Shown: in pieces, positions 25,653-38,968 of the stretch
How positions within the stretch are numbered: the first letter of the stretch is position 1
Layout: every line of letters begins with the position of its first letter
From: Eledone cirrhosa
Taxonomy: Eukaryota
Direction of reading: 5' to 3'
Assembly (NCBI GenBank): GCA_964016885.1
Contig: OZ024753.1
Span: forward strand, 43,896,001-43,960,000
Length of the DNA: 64,000 bases
Made by a program: the position numbers and the translations under genes
Notes under the pieces: generated by a model
Databases searched by the model: none
What the model saw: the letters and a program-made list of their open reading frames with translations, nothing else
Told to the model about the DNA's origin: nothing

Positions 25653-28347
25653 TATATTATATATAGAGTAATGTAAATGCTAAAGGGTTAAACAGCTAGA
25701 ACACAGGATATGAATACAAAATACACACATATTTTTCATCCTCCACATCTATATACTCACAAACATTAGTATTCTCACCGCAGTATCATGGCAAAAACAT
25801 CCATCCAAGTTTGTGAATTTTTCTCAATTAATTTGCGACTGTTATCAGAAAATATCTAAAAGCAGGTTTGTTAATTCAAATGTCTATAACATTTTTACTA
25901 ATTAGAATTTCCAGTAAAGATTTCAATATTTAATATGATGTAGTCATAGTGCTATTTTGTACTTTTTCAGGAATGTCTTGCTAAGGTGGTTTTTGTATGG
26001 TCAGGACATTAAGAGTCAACTCCCCCTTTTGTCTGGTACTCTCCTCTACTACACTCCTATATTTTTCCTCCTCCTCCTCTACACATTCTTTAAACCAGTA
26101 TGTTTATGAATGTCATTATTCTCACACCACCCTCTCATCGTGGTATTTAAATTCACCCAAGTTTTTATAGTTAACTTGATGGTTTTTTATCAGTGCGGCT
26201 CCCCTCCAACCACCACCACCACGACCACTTCACTAAATTCTGGTTTGTAATTATTTTTCATTAGTATCAGTTATGAGTAGTAATATAACTGCATATAACA
26301 TGAAGCACAGTCCCTGAGGAATGGTAATTTCTATTATTAATTGATACAAAAGACCTAAAAACATGTGAAATGCATAATTTGATTCTGCTGTTTTGACATA
26401 ATAATAATTATTGAACTATAAGAAGCAGAGTTAGTAGAATTGTGGGGTAGCTGTTCTAGTATTTAAAACAGAAATTGACAATATTTTTAATACTAGGAGC
26501 TATGACAAGTGCATAAGAACAGATGAGGCATTATTTGTGCAGAGAAAATTAATTCATCTTTAACCTTTTCATTACCATATTTGAAAAAAACTGCATATAA
26601 TTTTAAACAATCAAGAATTTGAAGAGATTTAGAAAAGAAAAAACTTTCTCATTATTAAGTTGCTGGTTCAATAAGATCTTATATCCCATTATGATCGAAG
26701 GTTCTATAATTGTGGTTGGCATTAGGAAGGGCATTCAGCCATAGAAACCAAGCCAGAGACAGTTCTATATGAGCAAGGCGCAGACATCTGATTGAATTTG
26801 TCTCACAATTGGAAAACTCGTCTAACCTATGTTAGCATTGAAAAATTGTTTGTTAAGCAGTAATGATGATTAGGATGATGATAAAAACTTTAAAACAAAC
26901 ATCTTTGTATCATAGTAGTTTCAGACAGTTTGTTATGACAAGGGTTAATTTTATGAATTTATAGGTATACAATTTATATTAAATTACTGATTTGGTCTTA
27001 CAGATTAAACCATTTTTGTTATATAAGGTTTTTGAGATTTACAGTTTCAAATTTGAACACGAGCAGAATTCCATTGGCAAGGGTACTTATGATAAATTTT
27101 CTTTCAACTGAAACATATATGAATAGTGTGAAAATGTTGCAAGTCATAAGAAGTGACTTGGTGAGAGGAAAGATATCTGTCTGTAAAACATTGCTTCACA
27201 TCTCATCCATCATATTATGCCAGTATGAAAAGATCAATGTAAAACCAATGATGATAAGGATTCTTTAATGTTCAGTAATGCATCTCCCTGAGGTCAGTGT
27301 CCTATGTGGTTTCACAGTGAGCTGGAATAAGTACCAAGGCATCTAATCCAACACCTTAACAATTGTGCTAATTTACATGTCAGGTCACTCTTGAGTGCTA
27401 CTGGTAGCGTGTAATCAGTACAACATGTCGCATGTTCAAGTCGTCAGCATCTAATTTACATATAATAGAAGAGAATTCATTAATTGGATCAAAATAGAAA
27501 TATTATTCTAGATTGATTGACTAGAAAAATGACATTTTATCTCAATCTATTGTATAATGTGAAGTACTATTCATTTGAACGGCAAGAATATCAGTAGTTG
27601 GTGGGTGGTTTCGTATATAAAGCTTGAGCTGTAGGTAGCAGGAAATGAAATGAGAATTTATATTTATATGTTGAAAATAATTGGAGAATGGTTGTTATTA
27701 TAGTTATGCAGTCTCAGCTGACAGATATAGAGAAGAAGGAAAGGAAAAAATACTGATAATGTTTGCTGCAGATGAAATAGATTTCCTACTTTGTGGAGAA
27801 GGAGCTGAAGTCTGAGCTAAAAAGAGCTTAAGACAGACAAATCCAGAAATTAGTTATGCTCAATGAGACTTGTAAAGAAAATGAGTTTGCTGGTAGCTAT
27901 AACGAATCAAACATCAATACCAGCTCTCTCCATCATCAATTCTACATGATTACTTCTTGTATCGATATCTAAGAAAATTAGTTATTCCTCAGGCCTTTAG
28001 TAAAAGCTCTCAAGTGAATAAACAAGGATTCCACGTGTGGTATAAATAGCCATAAGATTAGAAGGCGAAATGTTCCAGGAATTTCCAGTTTTACCTAAAT
28101 TTAAAAACAACAAAATATTATGGAAATTCTTTTGCAAATATTTTGCAAATCTCATCTCTGAAGGATCACTTTAATTGTTAGAAATAGCAACCCAGTCTCT
28201 CTCAAATCACACCCTGCCTTCTTTAATGAGGGGTAGATATGTTGGATAATGTAATTTTAGATATAGTGTCTGGAATAAAAATGATGGTCATGGCTGCAAT
28301 GTCTTTGATCATTGGTTTATCAGTACATATGTATACACACACCTACA

Positions 28348-28403
<56 letters not shown>

Positions 28404-28639
28404 TATACACATGCACATATATAAAGCCCAATATGTTGAACCCTTTTTTATACCTAACATCTAATTAATTGTTGTGTGTCTTTGTGTTAGTCTTTTTTTA
28501 AATACACACACACACACATATATATAAAGGTGTGTTCATTTTCGCATCAAAATATTTCATCATATTCCAAGTAACATTTTTTGTATCAAGGAACCAATAT
28601 TTCTATTGGTCTTACCATTGCTGGTCGCAACTCATGGCA

Positions 28640-28762
28640 GAAGGAACAATGTGAAATAAAGTGTCTTGCTCAAGGACATAATGCATCACCCAGTCCGGGA
28701 ATCGAACTCGCAACCTCACGATTGTCAATCTAATTCCCTAACCTCTAAGCCATGCAGCTTCG
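28640..28762 (-). mobile_element. CORE-like SINE 5' part
   Basis: gtgtcttgctcaaggaca..ggaatcgaactc. Confidence 0.75.
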
Positions 28763-29564
28763 CTATAGAAAGCTGTGTCATAGAACCAGGGCGATTTCAG
28801 ATAGTTTGGTAACAAAAGAATTAAACAAAATTCTGTGATTCTAAAAAACAGTGAAATCAATAACATTGCAACAATGTGATGTCATTGGACAAACTTCAAA
28901 AGGTTAGAATGTTTGAAGGATGAATTTATATTCCTCAAGAATGTAGGTTCTAATTTTTATTTTAAAGATTCTTTATAAATATTTTCTGATTACGGAAATT
29001 ACAGAATTATTTCAATAATTTAATTTCCTCTGTTTTTGTATTTTTTTTTATGGCTTTTGGTTTTCTTTCCCTTTTTGTGTCAAATCTTATTTCTTCTCAT
29101 ATAAACTAAATAGACTTTCAAATTGTATTTAATCATTTTAATATGCATTAACTGGTTCTCATTCATTAAATATTGTTCAAAATTTACTGATTAGAAGTAT
29201 ATTTTTTATAACAAATTGTACAAAAACTCTTTGTTCCTTCCTGGTTGTTATGTTTGGAAAAGAAAAACAACAAAATTCCCATTTAGCAATCATCATCATT
29301 TATTATTCACAAAGAATTTTTGCTTTTACCCTAAACAGGATCTTCTATAGGGTGAAAGCAGAAATTCTTTGCTTAAACTTTAACCTGTATTAATAATAAA
29401 TATTTGCTCTATGGGTTTATATATATATATATATATATACTCCCACCCTTGCAAGCAGGGAAGAGCGGACGTAAAATGATGATGATTATGATATATATAT
29501 ACAATCCTTATCAAACTCTCTTTGGATTTTGGTCTTTGTATTTATTATTACTATACATATATAT

Positions 29565-29785
29565 ATCCAGGGAGTGTAACGTGGTGTTACTATAGGTTCA
29601 CCCAGGTGAGCACTCGATGTTTAGGTTCACTCCTGTGTCGAGGTGTACGGCTAGACAGAGTGTATTATAGTAAAATAAAACAAGGACAATTGGTTACCCC
29701 TTCATTACGTTTATTGGTTGGTGATACGCGTTTCGCCACTGATCAGCTCAAGGTTCGATCTGAATCGGTCTAACCCAACTTTCTC
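29565..29785 (-). mobile_element. Penelope-like remnant with half-hammerhead (gaaacgcgtatc on minus strand)
   Basis: Homologous to 17560-17675 and 23445-23570; TA-flanked. Confidence 0.55.
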
Positions 29786-31007
29786 GCTCTCTCTACATAT
29801 ATACATATATCTGTGCAGAAGAGAGGCTCTAAACTCTTAATGGAGTTGTAAATTGTGCCATCATAACACATGGTGTGTCTTTGGCAATTTAAAATCTGGT
29901 AGAGCCCGTTTCATTCCACTTCAAAATGAGTGGTTTTGTTTCATATAACCAGAACTGATTTTGGCCAGGCTGGTATTAAAAAAGTTAAAAAAGAAATGCA
30001 ACCTGCCATTCCAATGTCATAAGAAAAATTGAATAAATATAAATAAAATATTTGCAAAAATAACGGAAGGCAAAATGGCTTTTTCTAATATTTATATTGC
30101 AAATAATTTTCTCTTTTCGAGTAAATTTGATTTAGTACCTAACCAATATTTAACAAACTTCAAAAAATATCTATCAGGAATTCAATTTCTGAAAATGTTA
30201 CAAAAGTACAACACTTACGTCTCTGCAAAAGAATTTCTCGAATGTTCATTTATTACTTATTTCTATTTTTAGTGCAAATTCTTTCAATTTTTCTGTCATG
30301 TAATTATGTATTTTCATTCTTAAACCCTTTTGTAATGTTCGATAAAACTACATACATCAAAAACAGGCAATCCTCTTTTGTAATTTACAAATAGTTCTTA
30401 TTTATATGTATGTTGTCTGACAAAATATATAATCCTACACACACTCTCTCTCTCTCTTTATTAATCTCTCACCCTACACACACTCTCTCTCTCTCTTTAT
30501 TAATCTCTCACCCTTCACACTCTCTCTTTTTCTCTACTATTTCCTCACCCTTTCTCTCTCTCAGTCTCTCTACTTTCTTTCAGTTTTATGTAGAATATAA
30601 AAAGCGCCACACTCTTCGATTTTATTACTAGTTATTTCAGGCAATATTTGTTTCTTTTCTTTAAAAACCCTTCCTTACCAGTTAACGATGTTAATATAGG
30701 CTTACAGCACAACTTGACATTTAGCATTTAGTTAAAACAATTTATTACAAGTAATATTTATGAGTTATTTAAAATATTTCCTTCAAAATATGTTTCTTTT
30801 GCTATTAGTATTTAGTTTAATTTATCAAACATGTTATTGGCAAAATAAACTAAAACATTTTATCATGGATTCACTACTGACTTATTGTCAGGGCTGGATC
30901 TACACTTAGGGCAATTTGGTAGCTGCCTAGGGCACACACCTCAGAGTGGTGCATTACAGAATCTTAATGGATCAGAGTTTTATACATATTTGTAAAATCA
31001 ATATAAA

Positions 31008-31097
31008 TACAGGGAGTCCCCCCCCCACCCCCAAAAAGTATATACACTTTGGTTAGATTGCTGTTGAAGTGTATATATTTTTTCGGACACTCTGTTT
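31008..31097. mobile_element. Small Tc1/mariner-type MITE
   Basis: tacagggagtcc..aaaagtatatacactt / aagtgtatatatttt..ggacactctgt inverted ends. Confidence 0.55.
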
Positions 31098-31105
31098 ATA
31101 ATAAT

Positions 31106-31294
31106 TGTTTCTACTATTGGCACAAGGCCACCAAATTACCCAGTGCATTACTGGTACTTTATTTTATCGACCCAGTAAGGATGAAAGGCAAAGTTAACTC
31201 AGCGGGATTTGAACTCAGATCATAAGGGGCCGTAACTCTATGCGTCAAACCATGGTGTCTGACCCTCTACCAATACTGCCAATCCACCACACCC
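31106..31294 (-). mobile_element. SINE family A with TSD
   Basis: tgtttataataat duplicated on both sides. Confidence 0.88.
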
Positions 31295-31644
31295 TGTTTA
31301 TAATAATGTCCTGAAATCAATAAATAAATCTCTAAACATATATACTGTATTGTGGAAAGATCCAAAATAATGGAGGTCATACAATGTTCTGACCTCTCAT
31401 ATGATTTGGCATGGATGAGTGTGGACTATGTAGTAGAAAATGCAGGCTTAGTATGGTCAGAGCAAGAAATGCCAAAAATCAAGTTCATCAGCTTGCCAAA
31501 CTCTATCAAAGGATGTTTTCTTTGACTTTAATTCAAGGAGAATACACATATTAATGAAAAGGTTTTCAGATTTTTGTGTGTTCGAAAGTCTGGGTGTAAA
31601 CAGAATGAAATGAATGAATGCATTGTGGAATCTTCTAGTAGGAA

Positions 31645-32035
31645 GAGGGAGTTATGTGAGGGTGAACTGGTGAAGAATGGGGGTGAAAGGGAGATAGATA
31701 GAGAGAGAGAGAGAGGGGGGGAGTTATGTGAGGGTGAACTGGTGAAGAATGGGGGTGAGAGGGAGATAGATAGAGAGAGAGAGAGAGGGGGGGGAGTTAT
31801 GTGAGGGTGAACTGGTGAAGAATGGGGGTGAGAGGGAGATAGATAGAGAGAGAGAGAGAGAGGGGGGAGTTATGTGAGGGTGAACTGGTGAAGAATGGGG
31901 GTGAGATGGAGATAGAGATAGAGAGAGAGGGAGTTATGTGAGGGTGAACTGGTGAAGAATGGAGGTGAGAGGGAGATAGATAGAGAGAGAGGGAGTTATG
32001 TGAGGGTGAACTGGTGAAGAATGGAGGTGAGAGGG

Positions 32036-32066
<31 letters not shown>

Positions 32067-32250
32067 GAGAGAAGGAGTTATATGAGAGCAAGCTGGTCAT
32101 AATTGAAGTGAAGAATGGAGGTGAGAAAGAGCTCGATAGAGAGAGAGAGATCAATAGATAAAGAGAGATCGATAGATAGATACATAGATAGAGGGATAGA
32201 AAGAGAGCGAAAGAGATCGATAGATAGAGAGAGAGAATCATCCATGAGCA
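31645..32250. repeat. Purine-rich ~65-75-bp minisatellite with variable (GA)n
   Basis: ggagttatgtgagggtgaactggtgaagaatgg x6 plus degenerate copies. Confidence 0.9.
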
Positions 32251-33326
32251 CCTCCAACACTACATGTAAGAGAACAACTTAACTAGAAATGTCGGGGTTG
32301 ACCTAAAAACTAGAATCTAGACAATGAGCATTGTCAGACATCCATTCTTAGAAATGGTTCTACATGCTTCTGCCTAATACAGTTTTGAATTCAACTACAT
32401 GAATGATTTCATGAAGAATACAGACTATGGAGAATGACCTTGATGTAAAAGTGAGTGAATTGGGTACTTTTTACATTATGAATGGAATTGAATTGTTAGT
32501 GGTTGGTATGAGACAAGTATTGAAATTTTGTTTCCTGTGATGAGAGAATACAGCTGAAAATAATTGCAGGTTTAATATATAACTGTGATTCGTGACTGAT
32601 TTTACTTTGCCTCAAGCTTTATACTACCGAAGTAATTTTCTTTTGCTAACACCCAGTTTCATTTCAGAAGTAGTGACATTGAATCTATTGACACAGCTGC
32701 TTATATTATGGATTGGAATGGTTTAAGTTCAAAGCCTATCACTACAATAATTATGCCACAATCTCCTGTCACCTCTCTCTTCTCCTCTTTCAGTGTTATA
32801 TACATTAAAATGCAGCTCTATGTTTTGGTAGAAGCTCACTGCTACTCTATGGAATCACTAAAGGAGGGAAATTGTTAACTTGTTCCTCTTTTAGAATTTC
32901 TTGTTTCCTTAATCCATATCATTCCTCAAGCTTCAAATTTATGTAAGAAATTATGCAAATACACACACACATACAAGCACACACACACACACACACATAC
33001 AAACACACAGACACATACAAGCACACACACACACACATACAAGCACACACACAAACAGAAACACAAATACATACACACTCCAATGCACATGGAATATGCT
33101 CATTTTCCTATACACATGTTTGAAGTATATATATATATATATATGCACCAATGTATATGTATTTATGCAGTTATGTATGTATGTATATATATATATGCAC
33201 ATATGTATGTGTATGTATGCACCTATATGTATATATATACATATGCACCTATGTATGTTTACTTTTGCAATTCAACTATATATTTGTATATATCACCTAT
33301 GTATATATATATATATATATATATAT

Positions 33327-33650
33327 GGAGGCACATGGCTTAGTGGTTAGAGCATTGGCCTTGCAATCGAAAGGTTGTGAGTTCAATTCTCAGACTGGGT
33401 GATGTGTTGTTTCCTTGAGCAAGACACTTTATTTCACATTGCTCCAGTTTACTCAGCTGTAGAAATGAGATGCAAAGTGGTCGTGGAGGTGCCATGGCAA
33501 AAAAAGCACCCAGCACTCACTGTAAATGAGGTTGGTGTTAGGAAGGGCATCCAGCTGTAGAAATCAAGCCAGTATCAGTTCCCGTCCTACCCTTGCAAGC
33601 AGGGAAAGGTGGACGTAAAATGAAATGATGATGATGATGATGATGATGAT
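33327..33650 (+). mobile_element. Composite CORE-like SINE ending in RTE LINE tail
   Basis: A box tggcttagtgg, B box gagttcaattc; tail cccttgcaagcaggg..ggacgtaaaatg(atg)n. Confidence 0.9.
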
Positions 33651-34218
33651 ATATATATATTCACCTATGTTTGTGTATATTTGCACCTATGTATGTAAAT
33701 ATATTCTAAACCGTAAATAAATGCCTCGAGTAACCTCTGGGAACACTTAAAGTTTCACTGTCTTATTGTCAGAGATTTACAGGATGAAAGTGAAACTGGC
33801 CTTCGGATAAGTCCAGGGATATTGCCTGAGGGTCTGGAAAACTGGATGTGTTGAACTATATAGAGGCAGTGTGATATTCTTCTAATAGTTCAGTGTACCC
33901 AGTCACAGATACACACACACACATGCATGCATGCATCTACATACACACAAATGGATTTACATATACATCCACATGTACCTATATATACTCACTCCTGCAT
34001 ATATTTTCTAATAGTTCACTGTACACATGCACACACATATGTATATGTATATGTGTATATATATATGTATATATATATATATATATATATAATGTAGGAG
34101 GTGAGTTTTATTGTAGTACAATAAAGCAATGCAGATATCGGATAAGAAGCACTCTACAGTTTGTGGGACTGGAGTATGCATAATATAAGATCAAAAGATG
34201 GTTAAAGGAGTTCCATAT

Positions 34219-34287
34219 ATTTTATTATGCGCATTTCAAAAACAAACATCATCAAGCAATAATATTTGTGTTTTCATCAGATAAAAC
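34219..34287 (-). ncRNA. Type I hammerhead ribozyme motif (mirror copy)
   Basis: Exact reverse complement of 34388-34456. Confidence 0.72.
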
Positions 34288-34387
34288 AGGAGAACATGAT
34301 ATGAAGGTTAAAAAACACTTGTTGATAGTGTTGATTTAAAACTGCACTATCAACAAGTGTTTTTTAGCCTTCATATCATGTTCTCCT

Positions 34388-34456
34388 GTTTTATCTGATG
34401 AAAACACAAATATTATTGCTTGATGATGTTTGTTTTTGAAATGCGCATAATAAAAT
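34388..34456 (+). ncRNA. Type I hammerhead ribozyme motif
   Basis: Stem I gttttat/ataaaat; CTGATGA 34395-34401; ~16-bp stem II; GAAA 34438-34441; palindromic stem III tgcgca; AUA triplet. Confidence 0.75.
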
Positions 34457-34487
34457 ATATGGAACTCCTTTAACCATCTTTTGATCT

Positions 34488-34545
<58 letters not shown>

Positions 34546-34699
34546 TCATCATCATCGTTTAACGTCCATCTTCCACGCTAGCATGGGTTAGACGGTTTTA
34601 TTTTATTTGATGCGGAGACCATGTCTCGCTCGCATGGAAGTGTCTCTGGCAGTTTTTTTACATCTAGATGCCCTTCCTAACACCAACCAGCTGTATATA

Positions 34700-34749
<50 letters not shown>

Positions 34750-34830
34750 GGAAAAGTGTCAGGACCTCGACGGCTGAGCTCTGGCCATTTCAACAGCTCG
34801 ATCTGACAGCTATATATATATATATATATA

Positions 34831-34949
34831 TCATCATCATCATCATTTTACATCCGCTTTTCCTTGTTTGCAAGAGTGGGACGGGTCCTTTTCAGCACAG
34901 CATCTCTCCATTCGTCACAGTCCTTCATCATTTCCTCTGTGAGCTTAAG
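34831..34949 (-). mobile_element. RTE LINE 3' fragment
   Basis: Homologous to 19811-19930. Confidence 0.78.
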
Positions 34950-35013
34950 TTTTCTCCGGCTTCCTATAAGGCTGTGGCTTCTTGGGTATTTTAATGATAC
35001 GAGCCCCAGTCCT

Positions 35014-35045
<32 letters not shown>

Positions 35046-35047
<2 letters not shown>

Positions 35048-35151
35048 AACGAGTAGGACCCTGACGGCTGAGCTCAAGCCGTTTCGACGGCTAATTCTGG
35101 ACTGCATTTGGTGCGTTATGGTCCATCTGGTTCCTTACCACATTTCCTTCG

Positions 35152-35152
<1 letters not shown>
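35046..35152 (-). mobile_element. TA-flanked element with degenerate hammerhead; relative at 34750-34810
   Basis: Minus strand gaaacggct-tgagctc-agccgtc (stem III plus GUC). Confidence 0.5.
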
Positions 35153-35204
<52 letters not shown>

Positions 35205-35211
<7 letters not shown>

Positions 35212-35415
35212 TAATAAATGTGAAGACTAAAATCCAAATAAGGATAAATATATAAGAACCCTACAACATATTTATTAAAATAACAGATTAAAGTTTAAGC
35301 AAAGAATCGCTACTTTCACCCTTAATGGGATTTTCTGAAACTAAAAAAAATCAATCTGTGAACGCAGAAGTGAATATTTCGAATTAAACTTTAATCTTTT
35401 ATTTTAATAAATATA
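35205..35415 (-). mobile_element. Copy of the 5158-5380 inverted-repeat element
   Basis: tttattaaaataacagattaaagtttaagcaaagaatcgc shared. Confidence 0.75.
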
Positions 35416-35418
35416 TAT

Positions 35419-35459
<41 letters not shown>

Positions 35460-36179
35460 TTTACGTCCGTTTTTCCCTGCTTGTATATTGTTATACTTGG
35501 GGAGGTTCATATTGTAATATTGCCAGAAATAATAACAGAACACACTCACTGTTTGGTTGGTTTTCGCTTCTGTATCTTTTATACCTCCATAGTTAATTTA
35601 TTTGGCAATCAATATTTATCATTGATTGACCAGCGGTTTCATAGCCGTAACAGCTCACACCTACGTAGGTTCAGCTGGATCTCTATAAGGTTGTATATCT
35701 TAAGCAGCTTTTTGTCTGTTTCAATGATAGGATCCCCAGTCCTATCATTCTGTTGGTGCAGCTCACACCGTTGTAGGTTTATCTAGCCTCCTATGAGATT
35801 CTATTTCATAGGAGACTTCTTGTGAGCTTTAATGGTAAGGGCCACAGTCCTATGATGTCAGGCAAAGCAATGTGTAATGAAGGTGTTGCTTAAAAAACAC
35901 AACACGCCCCCCAAGATGAGAATTGAACCTATAACGTTCTTTCCATGAGTCTATCCAGTGCTATAACCACTAGATCATGTAGTTAGTAGTTAGTGTCATG
36001 GTGAAATCATTGATGACACCTCTGCTTGATCATGGTTGACCTGAAAGCAAAGCTAAACAATGGTGACAACATGAGCAATATTTCAAAAAGTTTGCTTCTT
36101 AAAACAAGATGGCTGACACCATGGTTCGATTGTTTTGATTATTGATCAGCTTGATTACTATTGACCTGGGAGGCAGAGT

Positions 36180-36630
36180 TAACAACAACAACAACAACAA
36201 CAATGACACTAACAACAACAATAACAGCAACAATAACAATAGCAATAACAACAGCAACAAGAAAAATAACATCAATAACAGCAGCAGCAGCAACAACAAC
36301 AATAACAGCAACAACAGCAACAATAACAATAACAGCAACAACAGCAGCAAGAACAATAACAGCAGCAACAGCAACAATAACAATAACAGCAACAACAGCA
36401 GCAAGAACAATAACAGCAGCAACAATAACAACAGCAATAACAACATCAACTGCAACAACAATAACAAGAACAACAACTGTAACAACAACAACAACAGTAA
36501 AAACACTAACCACAACATTAACAATAGTAAGAACAACAATAGCAGCAACAACAACAATAGCAACAATAGTAACAAGAGCAACTGTAAGAACAACAACAAC
36601 GACAACAGCAACAGGAAGAACAACAACAAT
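36180..36630. repeat. (AAC)/(AGC)/(AAT) microsatellite
   Basis: Direct observation. Confidence 0.92.
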
Positions 36631-36869
36631 CTTCCAAGCATGTCTGTTAAAATAAGATGGGTATCAGACATGATTCCAATGTTTTGATGACATATCTATA
36701 TGGTTATTACTGACCTGGGAGCTGTGTATGAGGTGGGGGGGGGGGAGTCATGTCTGTCTATACAACAACAACAACAACAATACAACAACAATGTTACAGC
36801 ATGCCTGCCTTTTATGGAGCTGACATCAGTATTGTCTAAAAGTTAACAAAAGATTTTTTTTCCCATTTT

Positions 36870-37678
36870 CTGTGTGCATGTGCATGTGTGTGCGTGTGTG
36901 TGTGTGTGTATGTATGTGTGTGTGTGTGTATGTGCGTGTGTGTGCATGTGTGTGTGTGTGCGTGTATGTGTGTGCATGTGTGTGTGTGTGCATGTGTGTG
37001 TATGTGTGTTGTTTTGTGAGTGTTTGTGTATATGTGACATTATGTATGTGTGTTTGTGTGCATTCTGAGTTTCTGTGACCTGTGTGTGTATGTGTGACCT
37101 GTGCGTGTGTGTGTGTGCATGTGTGTGTGTGCCTGTGTGTATGTGTGTTTGTGTGAGCTGTATGTGTGTGTGAGATTATGTATGTGTACATATGTGTGTC
37201 AGTGCCTGTATGTATGTATGTGTGTGTGTGACATTATGTATGTATGTGTGCCTGTGTGTGTTATGTGAATGTTTATGTCACATTATATAGGGTCAGACGC
37301 CATGCTTTGATGCATAGAGTCACGGCCCTTGCCATTCTGAGTTCAAATCCCGCCGAGGTTAACTTTGCCTTTCATCCTTACGGGGTCGATAAAATAAAGT
37401 ACCAGTAATGCACTGGATAATTTGCTGGCCTTGTGCCAAAAGTAGAAACAATTATATATGTGTACCTGTGTATGCATGTGTATGTATGTATGTATGTATG
37501 TATGTGTGTGCCTGTGTGTGTGTGTCTGTGTGTGTGACATATATGTATGTATGTACATGTGTGTCTGTGTGTGTGGTATGTATGTATGTGTGTGTGTGTG
37601 TGAATGTGTCTGTGTGTGTGACAAATATTTATGTATGTACGCGTGTGTATGTGTGTCTGTGTGTGTGACATGTATGTA

Positions 37679-37722
<44 letters not shown>

Positions 37723-37900
37723 TGTGTCTGTGTGTGACAAATATTTATGTATGTGTGTGCCTGTGTGTATGTGTGTGTATGTGTGTGACATATATGTATG
37801 TATGCGTGTGCCTGTGTGTATGTGTGTGTGTGTGTGTGACATATATGTATGTGTACCTATGTGTGTTGTCATGTGAATGTTTATGTCACATTATATATGT
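36870..37900. repeat. (TG)n-rich compound repeat with nested SINE A (37290-37453)
   Basis: Uninterrupted site cacattatatatgtgtacc is visible at ~37887. Confidence 0.85.
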
Positions 37901-38534
37901 GTACCAATCAGAAGGACTTTACTGCTACCAGGGGATGATAGTATTGTTGGTATTCACTAAACTCTATTAACACTATATTCTAAGAAACTACAATAGTCGC
38001 GCAGGAAATTACTATCAGATCTTACTCATTTTCTTTTCTTTCTTCCATTTTTTTTTTCTTTTTGCTTGTTTCGTTATTATTTCATCGTTGTTTTCTTTTC
38101 ATTTTTTTTACAATGAACCGAAATAAAACAATTATTACACACAGACATAAGTTATTTATTAAAGCAAATAATCAGCAGTACTGATCTAATATTTGCCCAT
38201 CTCCAGACTATTTGGCTGATGTTTGAAGGGAAAAAACCAAATGAAAGCCAAACACTGCCATAACTGATGTCTCCTCTTTAATATTCCTTGTCCTTCTTTT
38301 TTTTCTTCCGAGGTGGGTGAGGGACTGATTTTTTCTTCTTTTTATCTTTTTATTTCTTTTTCTTCTTTTTTTTCCTCCTCTTTTGCTTATCATTTCCATC
38401 TAAATACAATTTATTGATACAGTTTACAGTATGACAATATTTTTCTTCTATCAGAATTATTTATGCTATTTTAGCAGAATTATGAATGGCTCATTTCTCT
38501 CTCTCTCTCATCTCTCTCCCCCATCTCTCTCTCT

Positions 38535-38825
38535 ATATATATATACACACACACACATACATACACGTGTGTGTATATATATATATATACATATGTATAG
38601 ATATACACACATACATACACATGTGTGTGTGTATATCTATACATATGTATAGATATACACACATACATACACGTGTGTGTGTATATATATATATATACAT
38701 ATGTATAGATATACACACATACATACACGTGTGTGTGTATATATATATATATACATATGTATAGATATACACACATACATACACGTGTGTGTGTATATAT
38801 ATATATATACATATGTATAGATATA
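38535..38825. repeat. ~60-bp TA/CA minisatellite
   Basis: catatgtatagatatacacacatacatacacgtgtg units. Confidence 0.85.
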
Positions 38826-38928
38826 TGTATTTATATTATGTGAATCTCTTTCTGTCTCTCTCTATACGTATGTACATATATATACATACACACACATACA
38901 CGTATGTGTGTTTATATATGTAAGTACA

Positions 38929-38968
<40 letters not shown>

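Larger units (their letters stand above)
24762..25687 (+). mobile_element. piggyBac-like MITE with internal 72-bp satellite and nested SINE
   Basis: TTAA at 24758-24761 and 25688-25691; perfect 14-bp TIR ccctttagcattta/taaatgctaaaggg. Confidence 0.9.
34090..34495. mobile_element. TA-flanked Penelope-like fold-back element with 150-bp inverted arms
   Basis: Arms 34181-34330 and 34345-34494, one mismatch, 14-nt loop. Confidence 0.8.

Noticed and set aside
33735-33820. Hammerhead-like gaaact..agtc module
   Set aside because: The upstream core (ctgggaa) is too far from CUGANGA, and there is only one copy here.
36099-36687. Poly-N/T/L ORFs
   Set aside because: AAC microsatellite, open in many frames.
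38207-38312. Possible exon TIWLMFEGKKPNESQTLP*
   Set aside because: Short, weak splice context and no recognisable homology.
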